Source: Candidatus Caccenecus avistercoris
GTDB lineage: Bacteria > Bacillota_I > Bacilli_A > RF39 > UBA660
Assembly: GCA_018716965.1 (NCBI GenBank)
Contig: DVJF01000069.1
Span: 8,158-72,157 of the forward strand
Direction of reading: 5' to 3'
Length of the DNA: 64,000 nt
Of this stretch, positions 26,884 to 35,380 are shown in pieces. Numbering within the stretch: the first letter of the stretch is position 1; the number at the start of each line of letters is the position of its first letter. Under the pieces are notes generated by a model. That model was not told the origin of the DNA and made no database searches. It saw only the letters and a program-made list of their open reading frames with translations. The position numbers and the translations under genes are program-made.

Positions 26884-29433
26884 ATGTTAGAATTAAAAAA
26901 GATAACCAAAAAGTACTTAAGTGGTACAAATAGTGTGAGTGCCTTAAAAGGAATCGATTTAAAATTCCGTGAAACTGAGTTTGTAAGTATTTTAGGTCCA
27001 TCAGGGTGTGGAAAAACAACACTACTAAATATCATTGGTGGCTTAGACGGGTATTCAACTGGTGATTTAATCGTTAATGGTAAATCCACCAAAAATTTCA
27101 AAGACAAAGACTGGGATACTTATCGTAATCATAGTATCGGTTTTGTCTTCCAAAACTATAATTTAATTCCTCATCAAACCGTTTTAGCCAATGTCGAACT
27201 GGCCTTAACACTCGCGGGAATAAATAAAACCGAAAGAAGAAAAAGAGCTATAAAAGCCCTAAAAGATGTAGGATTAGGAGATCAAATCCATAAGAAACCA
27301 AATCAAATGAGCGGTGGGCAAATGCAAAGAGTTGCTATAGCTAGAGCCTTAGTTGGAAATCCTGACATCCTACTGGCTGATGAACCAACCGGAGCCCTAG
27401 ATACCAAAACTAGTGTTCAAATCATGGAACTATTAAAAGAAATTTCCAAAACTAAACTAGTCATCATGGTTACTCACAACCCAGATTTAGCAGAAAAATA
27501 TTCCACCAGAATTATAAAACTATTAGACGGTAAAGTAACAGATGACTCAAAGCCTTACGATAGAGTAGAAGAAAAAAAGGAGCAAAACAAAACAGGAAAA
27601 ACAAGTATGTCCTTCCTAACAGCATTATCTCTAAGTCTAAATAATTTACTAACAAAAAAAGGAAGAACGATTCTAACCGCTTTCGCCGGTTCCATTGGTA
27701 TTATTGGTATTGCTCTAATACTTTCTCTATCTAGTGGTATGCAAAACTATATCAATCAAGTAGAAGAAGATACTTTATCAAGCTATCCAATAACTCTTCA
27801 AGAAACAACAATGGATACTGGAGAATTATTAAATGCTGCCATGGATAGTGGCACAACTTATCCAGCCTATGATGATGATTTAATCCATTCTATGAATATT
27901 TCCAGTGATATGTTAAGTATTATGAGTAGTGGTGCTAAATCTAATAATCTAGAAGCCTTTAAAGCTTATATTGATGAAAACGAGAATACTTTTAATGAAT
28001 ATGCCAATGCTATTCAATACTCTTATAATCTTAATCTTAATATATATAAGGAAAATAGTGATGGTTATACCCAAGTTAATCCTGATCAAATTATGAATGA
28101 ACTCGGATTTGGCCAAATGAATGAAATAAGTAACATGTTCTCTAGTGGTGTAAGTTCTTACAATGCTTTTAATGAGATGTTAGATAACCAAAATCTAATC
28201 GAAGAGCAATATGATTGTTTAGCAGGGCACTTACCAGAAAATTATAATGAAGTTGTTTTAGTAGTAAACAAAGATAACTATATTAGTGATTATACACTTT
28301 ATTCAATTGGCTTATTAGATAGTGATGAATTAGTAGAAAACTATAATGCAATGATAAACGGAGAAGAAGTAACAGATTTAGAAGAACTATCTTATAGTTA
28401 CGAAGATTTACTAGATGTTAAATTCAAAGTATTATTAAATACTGACTATTATACCAAAGAAGGAAACTTATGGATAGATAATAGCAATAATGAAGAGTAC
28501 ATTACAAATATGTTAAATGATGCTTTAGAATTAGAAGTAGTTGGTATTATTAGGCCAAAAGAAGAAACTATTACAACAAACAATTATGGCGGGATTTGGT
28601 ACACCAAAGACTTAACAGAATATGTAATTAATGAAATTAATGAAAGCGAAATTGCTAATGAACAACTAAGTAACCCAAATATCAATGTCTTTACCAACCA
28701 AGAATTTAGTGATGAAGAATTTGATATTAATAATTTAAGTAGAGAAGAACAAGCCTACTTAGCTTCACTTTCGCAAAATGAACTTGCTCAAGTTTTAGCA
28801 AACTATCAAGAAAACGCTAATGCAACTTATGACTCCAACTTAGAAAAATTAGGAATTGTTGATTTAGATAAACCAAGTACAATTAATATTTATGCCAAAG
28901 ACTTTGATTCCAAAGAATCTCTCGCAAATTTAATCACAGAATATAACAATAATACTACTGAAGAAAATCAAATTAGCTACACAGATATTATCGAAGTAAT
29001 GATGAGTGGTGTATCTAATATTATTGATATAATTAGTTATGTTTTAATGGGATTTGTTAGTATTTCCTTAGTTGTATCATCTATCATGATAGGTATTATT
29101 ACTTATATTTCTGTTCTTGAAAGGACCAAAGAAATTGGCATATTAAGAAGTATTGGTGCTTCTAAAAAAGATATATCCAGAGTATTTAATGCGGAAACTT
29201 TAATTATTGGTGCTGCTGCAGGATTACTCGGAATACTAGTAACCATTATCTTAAATATCCCAATAAACATCATTATTAATAATCTCTCTGGTGTCTCATC
29301 TATTGCTAAATTACCAATAACAGGAGGAATAATATTAGTAGTTATTAGTATTTTACTAACAGTTATCGCTGGACTTATACCAGCTAGAATGGCCAGTAAA
29401 AAAGACCCTGTAGAAGCTCTTAGAACTGAATAA
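26884..29433 (+). CDS. Fused ABC transporter ATPase-permease (MacB/FtsX type) with a large extracytoplasmic domain
   Basis: Walker A GPSGCGKTT, signature MSGGQMQRVAIARAL, Walker B ILLADEPTGALD. C-terminal FtsX-type 4-TM permease with GILRSIGASKKDI. Confidence 0.85.
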   Translation: MLELKKITKKYLSGTNSVSALKGIDLKFRETEFVSILGPSGCGKTTLLNIIGGLDGYSTGDLIVNGKSTKNFKDKDWDTYRNHSIGFVFQNYNLIPHQTVLANVELALTLAGINKTERRKRAIKALKDVGLGDQIHKKPNQMSGGQMQRVAIARALVGNPDILLADEPTGALDTKTSVQIMELLKEISKTKLVIMVTHNPDLAEKYSTRIIKLLDGKVTDDSKPYDRVEEKKEQNKTGKTSMSFLTALSLSLNNLLTKKGRTILTAFAGSIGIIGIALILSLSSGMQNYINQVEEDTLSSYPITLQETTMDTGELLNAAMDSGTTYPAYDDDLIHSMNISSDMLSIMSSGAKSNNLEAFKAYIDENENTFNEYANAIQYSYNLNLNIYKENSDGYTQVNPDQIMNELGFGQMNEISNMFSSGVSSYNAFNEMLDNQNLIEEQYDCLAGHLPENYNEVVLVVNKDNYISDYTLYSIGLLDSDELVENYNAMINGEEVTDLEELSYSYEDLLDVKFKVLLNTDYYTKEGNLWIDNSNNEEYITNMLNDALELEVVGIIRPKEETITTNNYGGIWYTKDLTEYVINEINESEIANEQLSNPNINVFTNQEFSDEEFDINNLSREEQAYLASLSQNELAQVLANYQENANATYDSNLEKLGIVDLDKPSTINIYAKDFDSKESLANLITEYNNNTTEENQISYTDIIEVMMSGVSNIIDIISYVLMGFVSISLVVSSIMIGIITYISVLERTKEIGILRSIGASKKDISRVFNAETLIIGAAAGLLGILVTIILNIPINIIINNLSGVSSIAKLPITGGIILVVISILLTVIAGLIPARMASKKDPVEALRTE

Positions 29434-29453
29434 AGATTGGAATTAACCAATCT

Positions 29454-29813
29454 TTATTTTTTTTCATCATAATTTTTTGTTGTATACTGGCGACAAGTAA
29501 TATAAGCCTCATATTGATAAACACCATCATTTTGAACAACTACATAACCAGTACAAACATTATCATCTACCTCTAAATTATCCAAATAACCAGCTTCTAT
29601 TAACTCTTCTGATGTAACAATATATTCCCCATCCTCTTCATTAAGTAAAACATTATCCATAGCATACTCTCTAGCACTTGTCTCTAATTTTTCTTCCAAA
29701 GTTCGATATTTTTCGTAACGATTATCCAAAATAAAACCTAAAGCTGTTAATAGAGCTATTATAATCACAACAATTATAGCCCATATTGCAAATAAAATCT
29801 TTGTCTTCTTCAT
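29454..29813 (-). CDS. Small membrane-anchored protein with a C-terminal two-Cys module (paralog of the next gene; pilin-like fold suspected)
   Basis: N-terminal TM helix. NVCTGYVVVQNDGVYQYEAYITCRQYTT parallels HVCAGYVMARRTHGEDEIKAYISCPDYTT in 29816-30214. Confidence 0.6.
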   Translation of the reverse strand: MKKTKILFAIWAIIVVIIIALLTALGFILDNRYEKYRTLEEKLETSAREYAMDNVLLNEEDGEYIVTSEELIEAGYLDNLEVDDNVCTGYVVVQNDGVYQYEAYITCRQYTTKNYDEKK

Positions 29814-29815
29814 GA

Positions 29816-30214
29816 TTAATCCTCAAATCCTACAGTCGTATAATCAGGACAACTAATATAAGCTTTAATTTCATCTTCCCCATGCGTTCTTCTAGCCATT
29901 ACATATCCTGCACAAACATGATCATCTTGATCTCTTAATTCCACATCCAAATCATAACTTCTAAGCATTCCTCTCGTAATTCTAAGTCCTTCACTAGTAA
30001 GATCTCCCTCATAATAATCTTCCAAATAAACAGTAGCATTTTCTTCTAATCTCGACTCTAACCTATCATAATAATTATTTCCAAATTCTAAATCTAAATC
30101 GTTATACATAGTAAAAATATAATAAACAGCAATAAACAAGAAAACCACTAATATTCCTGATAATATCAACATTTCTCGTAAACTCCATCCATGTTTATTA
30201 AGCATATACATCAC
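29816..30214 (-). CDS. Small membrane-anchored protein with a degenerate prepilin-like N-terminus and a two-Cys module
   Basis: KHGWSLREMLILSGILVV resembles the G-F-T-L-x-E prepilin leader/TM. The C-terminal Cys pair is as in the neighbouring paralog. Confidence 0.6.
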   Translation of the reverse strand: MMYMLNKHGWSLREMLILSGILVVFLFIAVYYIFTMYNDLDLEFGNNYYDRLESRLEENATVYLEDYYEGDLTSEGLRITRGMLRSYDLDVELRDQDDHVCAGYVMARRTHGEDEIKAYISCPDYTTVGFED

Positions 30215-30252
30215 CTAATGCTTATTATACCATACCCAAAGAAAAAAAAGAA

Positions 30253-30531
30253 CTACTCTGTTCTTTCTTTAATAAAAAATGGTCCAAATTCAACAGTAGC
30301 ATCTACACTACTACGATTATATTGATACATTTTATAACCTAAACCAGTACAAGAATAAACTGTACCATCATCATACTCTTTGGTCTCTTCACTTATGCAA
30401 AAAAGTGGTGTTTTTGATTGTCTAGCTCTAAAATAATCAATAAAGAAAATAATTATCCAAATAATAATAATCGCTAAAAGTACCACTTTAAATACATCAC
30501 CTTTTTTAATTTTTGCTTTCATAATCTTCAC
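30253..30531 (-). CDS. Small membrane-anchored protein, unknown function
   Basis: 92 aa, one TM helix, then IDYFRARQSKTPLF...GTVYSCTGLGYKMYQY. The ectodomain pattern resembles the C-terminus of the XRE-TM protein at 4865-5578. Confidence 0.55.
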   Translation of the reverse strand: MKIMKAKIKKGDVFKVVLLAIIIIWIIIFFIDYFRARQSKTPLFCISEETKEYDDGTVYSCTGLGYKMYQYNRSSVDATVEFGPFFIKERTE

Positions 30532-30583
30532 ATCCTATACTAATTATATCGATTAATTAAACAAAAATCAATAAAAAATTAAC

Positions 30584-30605
30584 AAAAAAGAACTCCCAAG
30601 AGTTC
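30584..30605 (-). terminator. Intrinsic terminator after rplL
   Basis: Minus strand GAACTC-ttgg-GAGTTC followed by TTTTTT, 9 nt after the rplL stop. Confidence 0.55.
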
Positions 30606-30613
30606 CCAAATAA

Positions 30614-30979
30614 TTAAACTAATTCTACTTCTGCGCCAGCTTCTTCTAATTGTTTCTTTAGTGCTTCAGCTTCATCAGCAGGAATATTTTCTTTTAAGTT
30701 ACCACCATTATCAGCGATACCTTTAGCTTCAACTAATCCTAGACCAGTGATTTCTTTAATGATCTTAATAACAGCGATCTTATTTCCACCAGCACTCTTA
30801 AGTACTACAGTCTTATTAGCTGAACCGGCATCTTCTTGAGCTGCAGGAGCAGCAGCTACTGCTACAGCACTAGGATCAACTCCAAATTCCTCTTTCATTG
30901 CATCTACTAATTCTTTTACTTCAAGAATAGTCATTTCTTTTAAAGCACTAATAAATTCATCTTTTGTAATTTTTGCCAT
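30614..30979 (-). CDS. rplL: 50S ribosomal protein L7/L12
   Basis: [34 protein letters not shown], Ala-rich hinge, C-terminal domain [20 protein letters not shown]. Confidence 0.95.
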   Translation of the reverse strand: MAKITKDEFISALKEMTILEVKELVDAMKEEFGVDPSAVAVAAAPAAQEDAGSANKTVVLKSAGGNKIAVIKIIKEITGLGLVEAKGIADNGGNLKENIPADEAEALKKQLEEAGAEVELV

Positions 30980-30997
30980 TTTAACTCACAATCCTTT

Positions 30998-31489
30998 CTA
31001 ATTTTCTAATTTTTCGGCATACATATTTAAACCAATTGCTAAATTTCTTACATGTTCCATCATACCAGCTGCAAGCATAGTAAGTAATCCTTCATAAGAT
31101 GGAATAGCAGCATATTCATTAATTACTGATAATTCTGCAACATCCCCATTGATAATACCAACACGAATTTGCATCTTATCATGCTCTTTTGCAAAATTAG
31201 CAATAACTTTAATTGGTTCTAATAACTCGGCACCAAACATAATAGCATTTGGTCCTTCTAAGAAACCATTAAGATCAATATTAAGGTCATCTAAAGCTCT
31301 TTTTAAAAGCGTATTCTTATAAACCCTAACTTCACCTTGAGCTTCTCTAAGTTTTTTTCTAAGTTCGCTAACTTCTGCTACAGTAAGACCTTGATATTCA
31401 AATAAAATAACAGATTCACTATTTTTAATCTTATCTTCAATCTCACTAACAATTAGCTTCTTAGACTCAAGAATTTTGCTACTTGCCAT
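30998..31489 (-). CDS. rplJ: 50S ribosomal protein L10
   Basis: 163 aa, position between rplA and rplL, YQGLTVAEVSELRKKLREA motif. Confidence 0.93.
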   Translation of the reverse strand: MASSKILESKKLIVSEIEDKIKNSESVILFEYQGLTVAEVSELRKKLREAQGEVRVYKNTLLKRALDDLNIDLNGFLEGPNAIMFGAELLEPIKVIANFAKEHDKMQIRVGIINGDVAELSVINEYAAIPSYEGLLTMLAAGMMEHVRNLAIGLNMYAEKLEN

Positions 31490-31507
31490 AATATCCTCCT
31501 TTTAGAT

Positions 31508-31610
31508 TTTAAAAAAGCTTCCTTTCGGGAAGCTTAAAAACAAAAAAGTTATTAAGTCTCCCCTCGGTAGGATTATTAAAGTTACCTCCCTACTGTCTTC
31601 GGTTCGCTTT
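31508..31610 (-). promoter_or_regulatory. Ribosomal protein L10 leader with terminator/attenuator hairpin
   Basis: Minus strand GCGAACCGAAGACAGTAGGGAGG...CCTACCGAGGGGAGAC resembles the Firmicutes L10-leader helix. It is followed by AAGCTTCC-cgaaa-GGAAGCTT plus TTTT just upstream of the rplJ SD. Confidence 0.65.
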
Positions 31611-31638
31611 TCTAATATATATTATATTATAACTTACA

Positions 31639-32337
31639 TTAAATGTCAAAAGAATTTTTATCTAACTTAATACCAGGACCCATTGTACTAGTAACAGTTA
31701 TACTATTAATAAAAACACCTTTAACACTAGCTGGTTTAGCTTTAGCAACAGTTGTTACTACATATCTAAGATTTTCTGCTAACTTAGCATTATCAAATGA
31801 TACTTTACCAATAATAGTATGAATATTACCATTAGCATCATTCTTATATTGAACCATACCTTTATTGATATCTTCAATAGCTTTTACAACATCAGTTGTA
31901 ACAGTACCAGTCTTAGGATTAGGCATTAAACCTTTAGGACCTAAAACTTTACCAATTTTACCAAGTTCAGGCATCATATCTGGAGTAGCAACTATAACGT
32001 CAAAATCAAACCAGTTTTCTTTGGAAATCTTATCAATCATATCTTTATCGCCAACGTAATCAGCACCAGCTTCACGAGCCTTTGCTTGAGCCTCACCTTT
32101 AGCAATAACTAAAACTTTTTTCTTCTTACCAGTTCCATTAGGTAAAACGAAACTTCCTCTTAAATTTTGATCAGATTTCTTCGCATCAATATTTAACTTA
32201 ATAGCAACTTCAACAGTACTATCAAATTTAGTAACACTAGTTTCTTTAACTAAACTTATAGCTTCATCTACACTATATAATTTAGTACTATCAACTTTTT
32301 TTGATGCTTCCACATATTTCTTACCGTGTTTTTTCAA
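31639..32337 (-). CDS. rplA: 50S ribosomal protein L1
   Basis: 232 aa, MKKHGKKY...[34 protein letters not shown]. Confidence 0.95.
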   Translation of the reverse strand: MKKHGKKYVEASKKVDSTKLYSVDEAISLVKETSVTKFDSTVEVAIKLNIDAKKSDQNLRGSFVLPNGTGKKKKVLVIAKGEAQAKAREAGADYVGDKDMIDKISKENWFDFDVIVATPDMMPELGKIGKVLGPKGLMPNPKTGTVTTDVVKAIEDINKGMVQYKNDANGNIHTIIGKVSFDNAKLAENLRYVVTTVAKAKPASVKGVFINSITVTSTMGPGIKLDKNSFDI

Positions 32338-32390
32338 AATATTCCCTCCTAACTGTGGTTTATTAAAAGACGGACTCTTTATAATTAAAA

Positions 32391-32978
32391 TTAATTTTCT
32401 TCTTCTTGTTTTTCTTCTTCACCAACAACTGGAACATCAGCATTAAATTCTTTAACTTCTGCTTCCATTTCTGCAAGTTCAGCATCTCTTTTTGCCATTT
32501 CAGCTTCTTCTTTTCTTGCTTCAGCTGCTTGTTCTGCCATTTCTTGATCATTAACACCTTTAACAGCAATACCCATATTACGAGCCGTACCCTCAATAAT
32601 ATTCATTGCAGCTTCTACATCATAAGCATTCAAATCTGGTAATTTAGTCTCAGCAATCTTACGTAAATCTTCTTTCGTAATAGTTGCTACAACTTCATTA
32701 GCACCTTTTGTAGAACCCTTTTGAATCTTAGCAGCTTTCTTAAGTAAAAATCCTGCTGGTGGAGTTTTTAAAACGAAATCGAAACTTCTATCATCATAAA
32801 CAGTAATTTCACAAGGTACAACATCACCCATTTTATCTCTAGTTGCATCATTAAATTTTGTACAGAACTCTTGTAAGTTAACTCCTGCTGGACCTAAAAC
32901 AGTACCAACTGGTGGAGCTGGTGTAGCTTTACCTGCTTCAATTTGAAGTTTAATTCTTCTTGTGATTTCTTTTGCCAT
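32391..32978 (-). CDS. rplK: 50S ribosomal protein L11 with an atypical 54-aa acidic C-terminal extension
   Basis: [34 protein letters not shown]... is canonical through ...[13 protein letters not shown] (residue 141). It then continues [54 protein letters not shown]. Start ATG 32978 is preceded by GGAGGTG. Confidence 0.9.
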   Translation of the reverse strand: MAKEITRRIKLQIEAGKATPAPPVGTVLGPAGVNLQEFCTKFNDATRDKMGDVVPCEITVYDDRSFDFVLKTPPAGFLLKKAAKIQKGSTKGANEVVATITKEDLRKIAETKLPDLNAYDVEAAMNIIEGTARNMGIAVKGVNDQEMAEQAAEARKEEAEMAKRDAELAEMEAEVKEFNADVPVVGEEEKQEEEN

Positions 32979-33167
32979 GAAAACACCTCCTAATAATAAG
33001 TTTTTCAAGGTAGTGGTCTAGGGCAAATCCGTCAACTTCCCTCCCACATACTAAAATATATGCAAAAAAACTTTTGCAATAAAGATAATATCACAAAAGT
33101 TCCTAAAATACAAGTATTTTTAACCATTTCTTTTAATTTAATGGCAAAGCAAAAATATACAATATTA

Positions 33168-33196
33168 TTGACTAATATATCAAAAACTATTATAAT
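33168..33196 (+). promoter_or_regulatory. Perfect-consensus sigma-A promoter (TTGACT, 17-nt spacer, TATAAT) facing away from rplK
   Basis: TTGACTaatatatcaaaaactatTATAAT. Confidence 0.5.
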
Positions 33197-33258
33197 ATTT
33201 TTAGGAACATTTAATAGTTGGGTGCTGCCTTCATGTCTTAAGACTGGAGGTGATGCTA

Positions 33259-33372
33259 CATGAGTAAGAAAGATTTTTTAATATCCTCATTACTTATTAT
33301 CATCCTTTTACTCATAGCATTACTATTTGTAGTGCTAAATTGAAAGAGCACCTAACTCATCTTATGAATTAG
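33259..33372 (+). CDS. Unannotated small ORF (37 aa) with a strong SD
   Basis: GGAGGTGA lies 5 nt before the ATG. MSKKDFLISSLLIIHPFTHSITICSAKLKEHLTHLMN. It is followed by hairpin GCACCTAA...TTAGGTGC overlapping the stop. A -1 frame after codon 14 would read a purely hydrophobic ILLLIALLFVVLN tail. Confidence 0.3.
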
Positions 33373-33492
33373 GTGCCAACCAAGTATTTATCGGTAGCAC
33401 TCAAACATACGAATATTGAATGTTCCTTTTTATTTTATGAAGTTTCCTTCATCTATATACATTATAATATAAAATAAACTGAATTTCAAGCA

Positions 33493-34758
33493 CTAGTTTC
33501 TTAAACAACCAATAGGAACAACTAAAACACCAGAAGGAAGAGTATAAGCCATTTCCGTACCAGTAATAATCATCATAAATTCAGGCTGATGTAAATATTC
33601 ATTAGCATCTATCAACTTCTCCAATTTTAATAAATGAGACTCAGCTTCTAAAATCTTATCTCCTCCGAGTTTTATTTCAACTAAGGCATATTTACCGTTA
33701 TCAAAATGTATAACATTATCACACTCTAAACCAAATCTATCCCGATAATGACTAAGACTTCCACCTATTGCTTTACTATAAACACTCAAATCACGGTTAA
33801 CTAAATTTTCAAACAAAAGCCCATATGTTTTAGGATCCATAATCAATTCTTCTGGTGTAATCCCTAGAGCTGCTACAGCCAAAGAAGGATCAATAAAACT
33901 TTTTTTAGCAGATGTTCTTATACTGGTCTTACTTCTAATATTAGGACTCCAAGCGGGTATATCCTCAATAATATACAATTTTTTTAATACACCCAAATAA
34001 TCACCAATGGTTTTATCACTCACTTCTTGGTTATTAGCTCTTACATCTAAAAACAAAGATTTATCACTATTTATTGTAGAAATACTCCTAGCATATGCTC
34101 TTAAAATAAGTAAAGCAAGATTTGCATTTCTTTTAACTCCATCTACTCTAGAAATATCCGAATTAATTAAAGCATCAATATAGTTCTTCGCTACCAATAA
34201 AGCATCACTGGAACTTAATTCTAGTGTATTAGGCCATCCTCCTCTACATAAAACATAAGCAATTTTTTCATAATTCAAATCAGTTTTAATTCCATCAATA
34301 CCTCTTTTACCATCTAAAAGTTCTTTCAAAGAAATTTTCCCGTTTGAATCTCCACTTTCATACAAAGTCATAGGCTTCATAGTAACAAAAGAAAATCTTC
34401 CAACCCCACTATGTAAAGTATCATCTTCCACTGGGACAGATGAACCAGTTAAAATATATTGTTTAGTTAATCCTGTTCTATCAACATCATATCTAACGGC
34501 ATTCCAAAGTCTAGGTGCCAATTGCCATTCGTCTATAAGTCTAGGCTTATCACCTTCTAGTAATAAAGAAGGCTTTAAATTAGCAAGTTCTAAATAATTT
34601 TCCTGTAAATCAGGATTTTGCATTTCCAAAACGCTTTTAGCAATTTGTTTAGCACTAGTAGTTTTTCCACACCATTTTGGACCTCTAACTAAAACTGCCC
34701 CTGTAACATTCAATTTATTTTTTAATTCATCATCAATAATTCTTGGAATATAATTCAT
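33493..34758 (-). CDS. AAA+ ATPase of the DUF4143 type with a C-terminal PD-(D/E)XK-like motif
   Basis: Walker A VRGPKWCGKTTSA, Walker B RLIDEWQ. C-terminal GLECDNVIHF...YALVEIKLGG resembles a restriction-endonuclease-fold D...E-x-K. Confidence 0.75.
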   Translation of the reverse strand: MNYIPRIIDDELKNKLNVTGAVLVRGPKWCGKTTSAKQIAKSVLEMQNPDLQENYLELANLKPSLLLEGDKPRLIDEWQLAPRLWNAVRYDVDRTGLTKQYILTGSSVPVEDDTLHSGVGRFSFVTMKPMTLYESGDSNGKISLKELLDGKRGIDGIKTDLNYEKIAYVLCRGGWPNTLELSSSDALLVAKNYIDALINSDISRVDGVKRNANLALLILRAYARSISTINSDKSLFLDVRANNQEVSDKTIGDYLGVLKKLYIIEDIPAWSPNIRSKTSIRTSAKKSFIDPSLAVAALGITPEELIMDPKTYGLLFENLVNRDLSVYSKAIGGSLSHYRDRFGLECDNVIHFDNGKYALVEIKLGGDKILEAESHLLKLEKLIDANEYLHQPEFMMIITGTEMAYTLPSGVLVVPIGCLRN

Positions 34759-34777
34759 AAGCTATTCACCCATTACC

Positions 34778-34806
34778 ATTATATGATAATTATAAATAAA
34801 AGTCAA
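34778..34806 (-). promoter_or_regulatory. Consensus sigma-A promoter of the ATPase gene (TTGACT, 17-nt spacer, TATAAT)
   Basis: Minus strand TTGACTtttatttataattatcaTATAAT, 19 nt upstream of the ATG at 34758. Confidence 0.5.
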
Positions 34807-34875
34807 TTCTATTTCTATATTTTGGAGCATTTCACTTCCACTTTTTGGAGTATTTTACTTCTATTTTTTGGAGTA
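34807..34875 (-). repeat. Three tandem 23-nt direct repeats abutting the -35 box
   Basis: Minus strand TACTCCAAAAAATAGAAGTAAAA / TACTCCAAAAAGTGGAAGTGAAA / TGCTCCAAAATATAGAAATAGAA, with exact 23-nt phasing. Confidence 0.7.
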
Positions 34876-34877
34876 AA

Positions 34878-35319
34878 TTATTTAGTTAGCTTTAGAACCG
34901 TCTTATTTAATACAGCCAAATAATCTCTTTCAACATGTGTTAAATGTCGCTCCGTATATATATCATATTCGACATGAGCTTTCTTCAATGCTTCTAAACT
35001 TAATTGCTTTTTTAGAATTAACTCTAAAACCAATAGATATAATCATATCTAAGTTATAATACTCTTTTCTTCTTTTAACTTTTCTGTTGCCTTCAATTTG
35101 AACTTGTTCCAAAATGGAACAAGTTGCAGACTTATCCAATTCATCATCATTATAAATATTATTAATATGCTTTGTAATTGCCAGCCTTTGTACTCCAAAC
35201 AATTTAGCAATAGCTTCCACATTTAACCAAACATCTTCGTTTTCCAGTCATACTTCAACTCAAATATGACTTTCCTCATCATTATAAAATAAAATATTAT
35301 TTTCATTTCCAATATCCAT
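34878..35319 (-). pseudogene. Decayed RhuM-family (virulence-protein-like) gene
   Basis: MDIGNENNILFYNDEESHI*VEV*LENEDVWLNVEAIAKLFGVQRLAITKHINNIYNDDEL...EGNRKVKRRKEYYNLDMIISIGFRVNSKKAIKFR matches the RhuM N-terminal half but has two in-frame TGA codons. The middle of the family is missing, and a C-terminal-like piece (ALKKAHVEYDIY...) sits in another frame. Confidence 0.65.
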
Positions 35320-35380
35320 AATTCCACCCTACTATGTTTGCTAGTTATAAAGCAAATTAAAACAGTGTTTTTTCGCTGTT

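Noticed and set aside
32363-32642. ORFs 32363-32596 (-) and 32406-32642 (+) over the 3' end of rplK
   Set aside because: They are artefacts of the GAA/AAG-rich low-complexity DNA encoding the acidic L11 tail. Their Lys- or Phe-rich translations are out of frame or antisense.
33060-33263. 67-aa plus-strand ORF in the rplK upstream spacer
   Set aside because: It spans the consensus promoter at 33168-33196 and the SD of the following small ORF. It has no SD of its own and its sequence looks random.
34878-35319. Idea that the in-frame TGA codons in the RhuM remnant indicate TGA=Trp decoding (genetic code 4)
   Set aside because: All conserved genes in the window (EF-G, EF-Tu, UvrA, RecG, SecY, RNase R and the r-proteins) are uninterrupted under the standard code and use TGG for Trp. 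Several genes terminate with TGA. The remnant also has a frameshift and an internal deletion, so simple decay is the better explanation.
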